DNA of 64,000 nt, from NCBI GenBank assembly GCA_965153285.1, contig OZ229115.1. The stretch is one strand, 5' to 3'. The DNA comes from Podarcis tiliguerta. Lineage: Eukaryota. This document shows, one piece after another, positions 1-12,822 of this stretch. Made by a program: the position numbers and the translations under genes. How positions within the stretch are numbered: the first letter of the stretch is position 1; each line of letters starts with the position of its first letter. The notes under the pieces are model-generated. The model was not told the DNA's origin. It made no database searches and worked only from the letters and a program-made list of their open reading frames with translations.

Positions 1-261
1 TCCCCCCATTGCTGCAGCTAATCGAGTGGGAAGGGCAGAGTTTTAGCACAGCACAGCAAGGACTCCAGAACAGCTTCTCAACTGCCGGAAGTATAGATGG
101 AAAAAGAGCGTAACAACACATGCTGTGGTAGTTGTGCTCTCAGATATTCCATGGGAATTTCTAGGAATAAATTTTTCTCAGCATAACACCAGCGACTATT
201 TCTTTAGGATGGAAAGCACACATCTGATGGCTGCATAACGCAAAATCTTCTTCTTTGATTA

Positions 262-493
262 ATTCATTCATTCCATTTCTGACCCACCTTTGCTCCAAGG
301 AGCTCAAGGTGGCAGCATACTTGGTTTTCCTCTGCCCCATTTTATCCTCACAACAAACCTGTGAGGCAGGTTAGGCTAAGAGAGAGTGACTGGCCCAAAG
401 TCACCCAGTGAGCTTTGTGGCTGAGTGGGGGTTTGAACCCTGGTCTCCCAGGTCCTAGTCCAACACTCTAACCATTAACACCATATTGGCTCT
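262..493 (-). mobile_element. tRNA-derived CORE/MIR-like SINE
   Basis: Minus strand reads ...tggttagagtgttggactaggacctgggagaccagggttcaaacc (A/B-box tRNA head) followed by the CORE-like gggtgactttgggccagtcac...cctcacagg...gttgtgaggataaaa. Confidence 0.8.
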
Positions 494-2988
494 CTACACA
501 GAGAGAAATCTTCCACAGCCCAAAACGGTTTGTGCGTGTATGTATTTAAAAGATGATTGAGTATATTGTGTAATATTTGAACCTGTGCCACAAGTTATTA
601 TTGTCCCTCCCCCAAAGGCAGAAGGTTTATTAGCTTTATTAGATGGCAGAGGCCTGCCATCTAATAAAGCTACCACCAAAAATCAGATAACATCTTCACC
701 AGCTGTCATTTTCAGCTTCCCAAGTCAACGTAGCCTGCAACTGTAAGTTAAGCTCCTCCAATTGAATTTTGACATAACCATTCACATTTTCTGTTTCAAG
801 CTCCATTGGTGGGATGAAATTGTATCTCCAAGCTTTCTACTGAAAATTGGACGTGTAGTCCGTCCACCACCGCGACCTCAATAAGCAATTCTCTCCACCA
901 TGACAGTCGGAGCCAGAGTTGAGATTGCTGGGATGATGTGGATGATGTGGATTTGCCAGGATTCTTAGAGAGTCCTAATGCATCTTGCGTGAGGCCCTTG
1001 CTTACCTCCCAATTCTTATTTGGAGGCACTCCAGAGCTTACTTTGTAAGGCATGATGCTTCACTCTTTCAAGACTTGCTCATCATGTATGATGCAAGTTG
1101 CAACATGTTAGAGCTGACTGTCAAAACTAGTTTGGAGTGTAGCAGCAGCCACTGCCTACATCCAGCAACAATATATCTCTGAAAGTGAATTTCCCACCAA
1201 TGTTGCCATCATCACATCCGTGTGAAAGTCGATCGGAAAACTGTGAGGCTTGTTACACTGTAGTGGCTAAACTGTAACCCAAGAAAATGTCAGTTTAAAT
1301 CTTAACTCAGCTGTGAAATTACTAAATTACTATCTCTCGATGTTGGTAATAATGCTACTGAATGATCATATAGGGTTGTTGTAAGAATTAATAAAAATAA
1401 CTATACTGCACTTAACATTCAAAAGTCAGTGTATTAATATTGGTGTGCACATAATCACAGAACAGCTGAAGCACAAGTAGAAAAAGAAAGTCATTTTTCC
1501 TACGCAAAAATTACCTGCATAAGACACATTCTCTGAGTAATGACAATAGGTGAAAAGTGCCTGTCCAAACTAAAACACACACAAGCAGAAAAGCGTCCAT
1601 CCCAACATATGTAACTTAAAACAGTAGGATTCATTGTTTCTATAGAATGAACGGAGGAGTGCATATTTTGAGATGGATGCTTTTGTACTTACTAGGTGGG
1701 AACACGACATCTCAGTAATTCACTTCCATTGCTCTTAGTGCTAAGAAACCAAACATCTTCCCACAAACAGAAGCACTCGCTAGGGCAACGTCATCAGGCA
1801 CCTGTTTACTGAATTAGTAATCACTGTGCCATTCTCTGCGTATGAGCAAGGTTGTTTGGAAAGACCTCCAGTCTGGTCCCACAAGCAACACAGAATTAGC
1901 AAATTTCTTCCATTTAATCAGCTGAACAAACTACAGGTAACGGCTTCACACACTGCAGGACAACACATTCTGATTTTCCACTGAGCATGCACTTGACAAA
2001 GAGCAGCAAAAACTTCCAGCTTCCCAACAAGACTATTCCCCCCACAGCATAAGTTTGTTGCATCCACCGTTTGCATTTTTAGGGGTACTCATAAGATTTT
2101 TTTCCCCGTATATGTCTAACAAATGAAATGTATGAAACTGCCCTCGGAGGCACAATTGTTCAGCTCTGGAAGCAAGACACACACGCATCTAGAGCCAAAG
2201 CTCAAGAGTTAGTGTTTGCCTGAGTTCATCTACACAACAAAAATACTTTTACATAGATGCCTTCTTCATCTAAAAAGGCACCAGTGCTAACAATATCATT
2301 AAAAAGCCCATTCTTAAAATTCTGGAGCAGCCATGGAGGAGTCTGTCAACTTCTTAAGTATCATAGAACTTCAAAAACTGCCTTGAGTCAACCACACAGC
2401 ATGTCAGTCTGCATCTGAGGAGGCTGAAAGGTCGTTCTGCTTTGCACAAACTTCACCATCTTCCTCCCATCTTCCTTATACATATTTGCATTCCATCCTT
2501 GCCATCTTCCCAGCACATGGTGAACGGAAGCAAATCAGGATCTATATTCAATGCACACAATGAAGGACTGTGATGTGGAGCTATTCTGGAGTCTCTGAGG
2601 GTTCAGCCCCCATAGGTGGCTCAGGAAGAAGCTAAATAAATGTAATTTGGAAAAGGCGCTCAAGAGACAGGTATTATGATGATCAGAAGCTGATGGGGGA
2701 ATAGAACCTGCCTGGGATGGGAACGTGTTTTCCCTCGGCTAAAGCACTTGGTGGAAACAACATTCCAAATTCTAATATGTATTTTCAAATGCACTTTTGA
2801 AGCAGTGCAGGGAGGTCTCCAGACAACTACCAAAGCACTGTAGCTGTCTCAGACCTCCCCATCCCCACAGCAGCCATAATCCTGAAACAGAGAGATGTGA
2901 GTCATAGGTTTCCTACAAATCAGGCTGCTGTCTTCGGAGCTACAACATGAAACAGGATCATGGGTGCCTGTGGTAGCAATCTGGTTAC

Positions 2989-3300
2989 CTTTACAGAGAA
3001 CAGTCCCCCTCCAATCACATGCTAAAGGCATCTCCCAATTCTGTGCTTTCATGGGTCATTACCAGCTCTCCCTCCCCCCACTTTTTTTTTTACTGCATCA
3101 CAGATAAGAGCTGTGCCAGGAACTTATGCACTGCAGACCACCGCACTCTACACCGTGAAGCTGCGCGCTGCAGCATGTCAATGCATTCTGCAGCAATTGG
3201 ATGCATTACACGTTCAGCTGCAGCACACTGCAGTGACGTCAGGACTGCATAGCTGGCTGTCCTGACAGAGCAGACACACAGCAGCAGCAGGGGGCGGGGT
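2989..3300 (-). promoter_or_regulatory. Candidate internal promoter / alternative first exon (CRE, GC box, CCAAT, downstream donor)
   Basis: Perfect TGACGTCA at 3234-3241, GGGGCGGGG at 3291-3299, CCAAT(-) at 3196-3200, local CpG retention; minus-strand donor AAG|GTAACC at 2989/2988. Confidence 0.3.
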
Positions 3301-4582
3301 AGGATTGCTGGGAACAGAAGGCACCCATGACCTGCTCCTGGCCCTTTCTTTACGGTGCCTCTCAGTGTTGCTAAATGTGATCCTTTAGCACAAAGTAGCC
3401 ACACAGGAAACAAGCTAGCATGCAAAGAAACAACCCTGCATGAGTCTGATCATCTGCAGATGGCAGGTCAGAATGAAGGATGGAAGCTCATTGTTAAAAA
3501 ACAAACAGCAGAAGAAGAATGGAAGTGAATAGAAGGTGGAAGGAGCAGAGATGGGAGGGAAGACAAGGGCTGGCTTGCACATTATGTCAGCTGCACATCA
3601 TGGCAAATTGCTGGCATGTCATGACTACAAAAATTGGCCAATATTTACTACAATGCCAGAAACCTCTCTCTCTCTGTGTGTGTGTCATAATGAAAAGCAT
3701 CCCAATTACCAATGTCAAATGGTGCACTGCAGGTAACAGCTGACACATGGAGTGTTTTACAGAAGCACCCACAAGACAGGGGCTGCAACACAAACTTGCA
3801 CCAGCATGGAGCACTCCCATGTATATTGCTTCTGAACATATAGATTCCACAGAGCCATAATGGCTAATAGCTGTCAATAGACCAGTCCTTCATTTTTGCA
3901 GCCACACCTTTGGAAAGGCCACCTGGCTACAGGTCAGCAAATTCCGCAAGTCAAGTTCGCATCATTCGTGAAGATGTGCTTCCTTCTGCCAATATGAATT
4001 CTTGCACAATGAATCTGTGGCATATTTCTAGCCCTGGTCCAATTAAACCGCAGACAATCATATGAAACTAATTGGGCAGTTGCCAGGAAAGAGGCAGCTG
4101 GGACCTGAAGACGACCGCCTTTCAAGGGCAGCCTTAATTTAAAAAAATTAGGAAAAAAAGGAAACAAAATCCAGAGGTTTCTCCACAGGCCCACAGTCTT
4201 CATATGACATCTCACCAGCACAGAAATAATCTAACCGCAGGATGAAAAATGTACAAAATGGTCTGACTCTGATATAACACTAAACCATGGCTTGGTATTA
4301 CATGAAGAAGACTTTAAGAACCCTTTCCTTCAGGAAGAACTGGGCAAATGTTCCTTAGAATTAGTGGAATGGCTCCCACTAGCTTCTCTTCACTTTATAC
4401 TTTCTTCAGGCCTTACTGTATTTCCTCTGCAATTTGTAAAACATCTATTATTTACAGCTTAAGTCTATATTTATGCATTGAAGAAACATCTCCCAAGACT
4501 CCCATCAGCCCCAGCCATGCAGGGACGAGGGGAGCAGAACATCTGGAGGGCACCAGGAGTGGCAGAGAAACCTTCAGATTTC

Positions 4583-4997
4583 TTTTATTTTTTAAGAATA
4601 ATTTTTTATTAACCGACCAATCACATCAAATCAAACCAAATTACATAAATTCCAAATTACACAGCTGAATTTTAAATTTTTGTTGGGGGTACCCATATTT
4701 CAAGTTCTGAAGGGAATCCAATCAACTTCTTGCTTCTTACTGCTGTTTTAATGTCTACAAATCTAACCTTATGATGTTCACAGTACTATCCAGTCCTTTC
4801 CTATTGTTTTTCCACGTCTCTTGTTGTTATTTTCATATATTTTTCCTTTCTCTTTGTGACCTCTGATAGTCTCCACAAGCTGGTTAGAACAGTTTGTAAT
4901 CCTGCATGGATATATATATATTTTAAATCCAGTAGCCATATCCAGACGTTTTCCATGTAACATCACTTCCATACATCAAAACAGTCTTAGTGTCATT
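4583..4997 (-). mobile_element. 5'-truncated LINE (L1-like) 3' fragment with 14-bp TSD
   Basis: aaccttcagatttc duplicated at 4569-4582 and 4998-5011; T-rich start containing tttatt = polyA signal/tail on the minus strand. Confidence 0.65.
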
Positions 4998-5334
4998 AAC
5001 CTTCAGATTTCATGGTCTTTGTAAAAAAAAAAACCATTAGACTTGTCCTTTAGACTTAAAATCACCATAGAAAGGAAGTCATAAAAACAAGCACTAAAGT
5101 TAGTATTTGGGAAATAGGATCAACCTCAACCTGATCAATGCAACATGGTTTGCAAGCGACTTAAGAATTTGGAGGGAATTAAAGATCAACTTGGTATATA
5201 TATAGTTCTCTGGTCCCTATGCCATTGGTCGTCGCAGCAAGGGAGGGGGACTCTGATGAGAATGCCCCAAGGGAGCAGAGGAGCCAGCTGACCAAATCAG
5301 GGGAGCCTGAGCCAGCTGAGTCAGAAGCAGTGGG

Positions 5335-6039
5335 TAAATATACTTTCCTCAAGAAACCGGAGGCCTTTCTCCTGGGCATGGTCGGCCAATTGGTGCCAAG
5401 AAAGGACAGAACCTTTTTTATGTATGCCACAACAGCAGCAAGAATGCTGATTGCGCAGTATTGGAAGACCCAAGAACTACCCACCGTGGAAGAATGGCAG
5501 ATGAAGGTGATAGACTACATGGAACTGGCAGAAATGACCGGCAGAATTCGAGACCAGGGAGAAGATCAGGTGGAAGAAGATTGGAAGAAATTTAAGGATT
5601 ATTTACAGAAATATTGTAAAATTAATGAATGTTAGAACGATGTTGGATTTTGATTAAGGGGCTTTCTGTAAAAAACGAAGAAGTAAATGGGAAAAATAGT
5701 GTAAAAGAGAGGGAAGGGTAAAGCCAAAATATTAAGATAAGAAGGGAGATGAAAGTAAAAGAGGGAAAGGATTTGCTGATCGAACAATGGAAATGGAATA
5801 CAAAGGAGGGAGGTACGGGGAAGTCCAGGAAAAAGCTAATGCAAGATCTATTTTGAAAAGTGAAGTTGTTTTTAACCGTTGTTATATTATATGTTAGTTT
5901 TTTGTTATGTGTTAAGGTGTTTTTTTTCGTTTTTTTTCTTTATTGTATCTTTGTTGTTGTTGTCTTGTTGTTTCTGTGTTATGTTTGGCTTATATTATAC
6001 TATGAAAACTTAATAAATATCAATTAAAAAAAAAAAAAA
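5335..6039 (+). mobile_element. 5'-truncated L1-type LINE (ORF2 C-terminus, 3'UTR, polyA) with 13-bp TSD
   Basis: TSD cagaagcagtggg at 5322-5334 and 6040-6052; AATAAA near 6012 and A14 tail; translation KKPEAFLLG...TTAARMLIAQYWK...EEWQ...DWKKF resembles the C-terminus of non-mammalian L1 ORF2, stop at 5635. Confidence 0.88.
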
Positions 6040-6746
6040 CAGAAGCAGTGGGAGAGGAAAAGGGCTGGATGCAAGTCCCATCACCAAGTAGGCACCACCG
6101 TTGGCACAGGGATGAACAGTCCCCGCTCCCTATGTCTACACTGTACATGCGCTTGTTTGTGAGTCCAGTCTTCTTGCTTAGGATAAGAGCTATCCAATGA
6201 TAGCCTTGCAGGAGGGACATGCCAGGTGTCGTATCTATGTCTATGCTTTGCCTAGCCATGTATCCTAGACTCTACCCCTGCACCTTTAAACTGAGATCCT
6301 TGGAACCTGAGCTCATGCTGAGACCATGTACTAGCTTCTTTAACAAAACCTTTGGGATTTCCCGAGCCGAGAGTCTGAGTGTTTCATTGGAGGGTGGGAG
6401 CCAGGACAAGAGCCACAATATTCTTCGTTTTTTTTTCCCCTTCCACAAAGAAGTCCATTTGGGCAAACTTTTGCATGGCCACAAGCCCAGCCATCTGCTC
6501 CCATGGACCCAGCTTGCACAGACTCCACAATCCTGTCCACCTGCCTCGAAGTTCCTACGCACCACCCCACAGACAATGCCTCCAGGCATGAATACAGTGC
6601 CAGCTGCAAGCAGACACACTCCCTCCCAGGCTGAGCTTTGCATGCAAGCAGAGGAGCGAGAGCAACATCAGAGCTGACCAGATGGAAGGATGCAATGGTG
6701 AAAAGAATGGGGAAGGAAAGGGGGAATTGGTTCTGCAAGAAGAATA

Positions 6747-6959
6747 CAGTGGTACCTTGGTTTACAACCATAATCCGTTCTGGAGGTCCAGTTGTAAACC
6801 AAAACAGGTTGTAACCCAAGGCGCACTTTCACCAATGGGTCCTCCCCCCCCCCCCAAATGGGTTGTAATCCAAAAAAAGGGACATGCACTTCTGGGTTTG
6901 ATGTGGTTGTAATCCAAAACAGTTGTAATCCAAAGCAGTTGCAAACCAAGGTACCACTG
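6747..6959. mobile_element. Tc1/mariner (Tigger-like) MITE
   Basis: TIRs cagtggtaccttggttt / aaaccaaggtaccactg flanked by TA. Confidence 0.85.
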
Positions 6960-9499
6960 TACCCTTCACCTGTGCAAAAGCAGGATATGAAGATCTCTAC
7001 TGGCTTAGGTACTGAACACTGGCCCTTCAGCTTGAGAAAGAGCCCAGCTCTTAACAACAACATCATCAACAACAGCAACAACAACAACATTGCTGTTCCA
7101 GAAATGTTTTTAAAAGGCCATTCATTGTTTTGATGCTTCCATGAAGCAGCTACACAAATAATCATCTTTCCCTGATGATTTGTGTAAAGTTTCTTTTGTC
7201 TTCCAGCAGATGTCCCAGTAATTACAGGTTCCCAGGAGGTACAGTAGCCTGTGGCTTTTAAAAACCTGACCTTCAACAAGTAAGCCAAAAGGCCTCCTCC
7301 TTCTACCACCACCGCACAGGTCTCAGATGTCCTGTGTTGCAGAGGACCTTGTGAACTGTAATTCCTAACGGGTGAGTTCAGATCTGCAGGCACCAGATGC
7401 TGGGGGTAAGAGCAACACAAAGACATACTGGATGGGTCATACTTGAGGGTCAGGTGTGGGGCTGACTGGCAAGTCCGGAATCCCCTATGTAAAAATAAAA
7501 GCTGGGAACTTTTGCTCTCCATGATGCCCACTGCAGCATCCCATTTCCAGAAACTTAATTTAAATCCAAACCATGTGGGCCACAGGGTTTCACTTCTTAC
7601 ATTTAGGGATATCAGAGGGAGAAATTAGCCATCAACACCTGTGGGCTGGCCATGGAAATGACTTATGCATGTGCCAACGCCCCAGGCAATACCTTGTAGT
7701 CCACTTTTTGGCAAGAGATTCAGCAAAGAGATTACGGGGAATTTTTGTTTGGAAAACATTAAGCATCTGCAACCAAATACTTTCCTCTCTTGATGGCAAT
7801 AGGGTCCTTTTCTTCTCATGTTGACTCACACGTTTGTCACCTTATTTTGGAAGCAGCTGACAGTAGTGAAAATAGTCAGGCATAGAATACCGGCAAAACA
7901 TTCCAACAAAATGTTTCACTTCCATTTGTCAATGAGCTCATTCATCGTTGAGTTCAAAGTACCAGCAAACAGTATAACATTTCCAAGAGAATATATACCC
8001 CATCTTAATCACCAGCAACTATCTCCTCTGTGAGTATGTATCAAACAATCTGCTTCGGTCCTTCAATGGCTTCCCACACCGCATGGGCAAGTACAAATGA
8101 ATGGATCAAAAAAATAATCCCATGTGGTGTTAGTCCTGGCAACTAGGAAGAAGGAGGAAATGACTCGCCCACAGATGCACAGAAGTGTACTGCAAAACCA
8201 GAGAAGGGCGGGCAGTGTATTCAGCATATGAACAAATTTGTTCAGCTAACATTTGTAGCAGTCTCCTTGCAGACCTTACAGTACAACACAACAGTTTTCT
8301 AACCCAAAAGGGAAAGTTCAAGCGATAAAAAACAGAAAACAAAAATCTTGTACAGTGTATCATAGAACTGCACTCAAATTCACTTTGCACATCCACTGCC
8401 CTGGAGAGCTGACTAATATGGAACACAGCACATTCCTGCAACCTCTCCAAGCTATGCTGTATGTTGTCACTAGGGAATGTTTTAAATCACTGCCCAGCTT
8501 CAAAAAATTCAATTTTAGTTTTACAACTTAGAGTATGACGAACTCTCCTACAGCTCTGTGCAGAACTCTTATGCATATGCAACAGCACTATGTATGCTTA
8601 CTCAAGAATAAATTCCTCTGTGTTCAGTGAAGGTTACCAGCAGGTAAGTCTGCAGAGAATTGAAGCCAATGGCTGCAGTCCTAAACACATTTAGAACCTC
8701 CTGTTGCTTCTGCCATACCATCAAAATCCATCCAGGCTTTATCGCAAATATTGCAGGAGACCAAGAAAACAGAAAGAGGTTTGACAACAGTGTCATTCTG
8801 TACACACTTCCTTTCTTGTGGCACCATCCTTTGGAGCTACTGTAACTAAGTAGTTGCTATTAAGCACCCTTGTCCTGACATCACATTTTCCATCTTTAGC
8901 TGTCAGATCTCACAAACATGACTGCTAGTCCAGGGCAGCCATAGAAAGCCTTTTAGGCTGCAGTCCTGTACACATTTACCTATTCAGCTCATGTTACATG
9001 AGGTGTGGGGTGTGGCTGGGGGGGGGGGGAATGGCATTGTGGACTGAACTCTGCTGCGACTGCAGACTACAGCTCCTACAAAACAGTTAAGACTTGAGTA
9101 GCTGTTGGTTAAGCAGCCCATTTGGAGACTCCTTACCAGTTTGGATGGCCAGGAGAAAAGAAACAAACAGCTACACCTGCTGAAATCCCCTCTCCTAATC
9201 AACAAATAAACCACCCACTCAGCAGAGTGTATGATGACCCCCACTCCATGGTGAGAGGTTAATTCTGTCTTCAAAGGCTTTTTGCCCTCTGCAACAAGCC
9301 AGGAGTTCCCCTGACAAGTGGTCAACAACCACCAGGCTCATTTCACTTCAGTTTTCCTCCTGCCAAAAGATAACTGGCTCTAAGTGAGTAATGACAAGGG
9401 AAAGATTTGAACTGGCAAGCTGAAGGAGCCCCGATGTATTCTGTTCTCACTCTTGGAGGTTTGCAAATTCAAGCCCATTTCAGACCTGTTCAGCTATTA

Positions 9500-9740
9500 T
9501 AATGATGATGATGATGATAATTTTTTATTTGTACCCCGCCCCCGTCTGGCTGGGTTTCCCCAGCCACTCTGGGCGGCTTCCAACAAAGATTAAAGATACA
9601 TTAAAATATCACACATTAAAAACTTCCCTGAAAAGGTGTCTTCTGAATGGCAGGTTTATCTCTTTGACATCTGATGGGAGGGCGTTCCACAGGGCAGGCG
9701 CCACTACCGAGAAGGCCCTCTGCCTGGTTCCCTGTAGTTT
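9500..9740 (-). mobile_element. L2-type LINE 3' end
   Basis: (ATG/ATT)n tail, ctggctgggtttccccagccactctgggcggc 3' stem and ORF2-end sequence shared with copies at 54665 and 55222. Confidence 0.75.
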
Positions 9741-10948
9741 TGGTTTTCACAACTGTTATGGCTTGCTGCACACAGAATCCCGGGGATGGCAGTTCTATGA
9801 AGGGGGCTGTGGATTTTCAGGATTTGTCAGCACCTTCACAAATACCTTGACAAGGCTAAAAGGCCCAGAGGTTCGGGGTAGGCTGAGGGAAAGCCATGAG
9901 AGGAAGGGAGTTCAAACCAGGGCCTGCCGAACTCCATTTCAACTCTCTTCAGACTCCAAATCATCTTCTCAACATGTAGAAACCAAGCAGAAACTGAGGT
10001 CATAAATCAGTAGCTTAATTAATATATTTGTTAGGCTCCATTGAAAGTCACAAAGGGTTGAGCAAGCATTTAAGTCCATCAGAAGGGAGTGACAAGCTGG
10101 AAACTTTGCTCCCTTCTTTGTCATTTTTCAATGGAGCCTAATAATAGCATGAACAGTAGTGTGATGAAAATAATGCCATTATTATGCCATTGCTCACTGT
10201 CCCATACAGATTCCCCTCCCACTTCAGAGGGTCCATATGAAAAAGAAGACCTCCAACAACTATTAGATTTTTTTGACACACAGACACACCTGCCCTGGGA
10301 CCCACAAATTTAATCTCAGGGTGGATGTTGATGTGGGCAGATCCCTGGCTGTGCTCAAGCTATCCTTGTGACCTCTGTGCCTACCTTCTTGGAAGCCTGT
10401 TCCTCTTCTACCCACAAAGGCAAACAAGAAATGCCTTCTATCGATGATCCGTCAGGATGACTGAAATACTTACGATTCAGTACCTGCCCTATCAGCAATT
10501 CCATCAGACTTTGGAAAGGTCATTTAGCCTGCCCACCTGCCTCACATTCTCCCTCACAAATGTACCATATGTAAAACAGGGACAAGAAGCCACCTTCCTT
10601 CTCACCGGTTATCTGCTTAGATCTGCGCTGACAGACAAGAATTCCCTCCCTCCCTTGTGACTTTGCACAGCACCAAGGCCCTCTGGTCTATATAATAAAT
10701 ACAAATAACCAACAACAGCAAAGAGAGCCTGGGTTGAGTTACAAAGAGCACTTCAAGGAGAACGCACACTGTGCACATCTCATCACCAAGATCGCATCAG
10801 TGGAGGCTGGAGGTGCTCTTTTTTTTAACACCAGTAAAAAAAAATCTGTCCTGGTCTCTCTTTAAAAGGATGACAAGCCTAAAAGAGAAGATCGGGGAGG
10901 GGGGATATAAAAGCATCTCATAGATTAAGAATTCAAAAAGCTCCTTAC

Positions 10949-11020
10949 CATTCCTGACAGCTGCTATCATTCCGCCTTTTAATAAGCATACTGTGAACGT
11001 CACAGTTTCCACAACCAAGC
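10949..11020 (-). other. Candidate small exon of the minus-strand host gene
   Basis: Donor ATG|GTAAGG at 10949/10948; acceptor ...ctgccagttag| (alternative AG 4 nt upstream); unique non-repeat sequence; 72 nt. Confidence 0.25.
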
Positions 11021-12637
11021 CTAACTGGCAGACGGCAATGGTGGGTGGGCTGGGGGGGGGGGAGATACAGCCACGCAGAAAGATAGTTTTGATAAGACTG
11101 GTGGGGCTGAAGTAGGATGTTTGTCCTCTGCCTGGAAGGGCAAAAGCACCTTTGCTCTCTCCAGCTTAAAAAGCATAACAAAAAAAAGCACTATTTCCTA
11201 AACATTCAGACTAGGGAAAGTATTCTAGTCACAAGGAAGGAATGGTCAGGATGTCACCGCTGGGTGTCACAGAATTTAGGTTCCCCTCCACATGCACAGC
11301 CCACAACACGGCAAGGGACTGCTTCCCTAAGAAATCATTCTCCACAGCTGCTGGGGTGAGAGAGAAAGAAGAAGTCACATGGGTGTGGTCAATCACATGG
11401 GATTTTCCCCCACCCGTCACTCCAGCAGGAATGCTCAGAGAAGATGTGCATAGCCCATGTGGCTTTTTAATTTTATTTTATGTACTTAATAAGAATGAGA
11501 ATAATTTTATTATCCATACCCCACCCATCCAGGTGGGTCACCCCTTAAGCAGCCACTGTTACAGCAGATTTATATCCTGCCCTTCTAGCATATTGGCAAT
11601 ATGAAGAAAGGGGTAACAACCACCACAGGAGCTGTTCAGAATACAATAACTACAGCAAAAGCAAGAAAACAGGAGCAGGCAGTAGGCAAGGCATTTTTAA
11701 TTTTTAATTTTATTTGTTTATTTCATTTTTATACCGCCTGGCAAGCATTTAGCCTGCTGGGTTAATGACATTTTAGCAGAGCATATTAGGTTATTGTATA
11801 TGCTGCTCCCAGTAACAGCCAGCATGGTATAGCAGCACCATTCACCTGACCTCCTCACAGCTGAGTCGCCTGCTGATTACCGTGAAGGAGTGGGCGACTG
11901 CTGATGCAGCTGGGTGGTTGGCATGGTGCAAACCCATCAACAGGAACTCCAGGTTAGTTCTTTCAGTGTGTTTGCACTGCATCAACCCCCCACCACCACC
12001 TTGCCCCCCATCTCCTTCCCAGTAAACAGGAGAGTGCCGCTATCTCATCACCTTGCCTGCTACTGTGAGCAACACAAACAAGCAGCCTAAAACAAAGAGA
12101 CATGCTGCTAAAAGCCCATCAAGCTGGTAGGCCAAATGCCTGCCAGAATTTAAAAAAAATTATTGATTAATAGGCAGAAGGTCAATATGGACCACCCGAG
12201 TTCCACCTTTCAGGTGCAGCCACAGAGAAGGCTCTTTCCTATGTCCCAACTGGTCTTGAACAGCCAGGATTCACACATATTTCCCTGCAATTGGGGAATT
12301 GCACCATGGGAGAAGTGGGCATCATGCTGCTAGAAGGTGAAATCCAAGACTATCTCACTTCACATCTTACATGAGCGCAAGCAGGTATCATGATCCCTGA
12401 ATCCAAAAGCAATTCAGACACAAAGTTGGAGGCTGCAGAGGCATCAGCTGAGGAGCTAGATAAAGTTCAGGGCTCTAAGCAGATAGCTGGAGATCAGGGG
12501 ACCACTATGACTGAGACTGGCTAACAGAAGACCCTGAAGTACCCTCCAGGAGCAGAGCCCAGACCCTCATGGGTGCCTTCTTCCAAAGAACCAGATGCCT
12601 CCCATCACACTTCACCAGTTCAGCAATGCAGGGAGTG

Positions 12638-12822
12638 TAAAGGCAAAGGATCCCTTGACAGTTAAGTCCAGTCAAAGGCAACTGTGGGGTGCAGTGCTCA
12701 TCTTGCTTTCAGGCCGAGGGAGCCGGTGTTTGTCCACAGACAGCTTTACAGGTCATGTGGCCAGCATGACTAAACCACTTCTGGCACAACGGAACACCAT
12801 AACAGAAACCAGAGCGCACAGA
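12638..12822 (-). mobile_element. 5'-truncated Sauria SINE with 13-bp TSD
   Basis: gtcatgtggccagcatgacta core, aaagg tail; TSD aatgcagggagtg at 12625-12637 and 12823-12835. Confidence 0.88.

Noticed and set aside
796-1053. 85-aa minus-strand ORF as a host exon
   Set aside because: No recognisable domain and no convincing acceptor/donor pair
6668-7531. 287-aa minus-strand ORF
   Set aside because: Runs through a MITE and an (AAC)n microsatellite; no protein-like features
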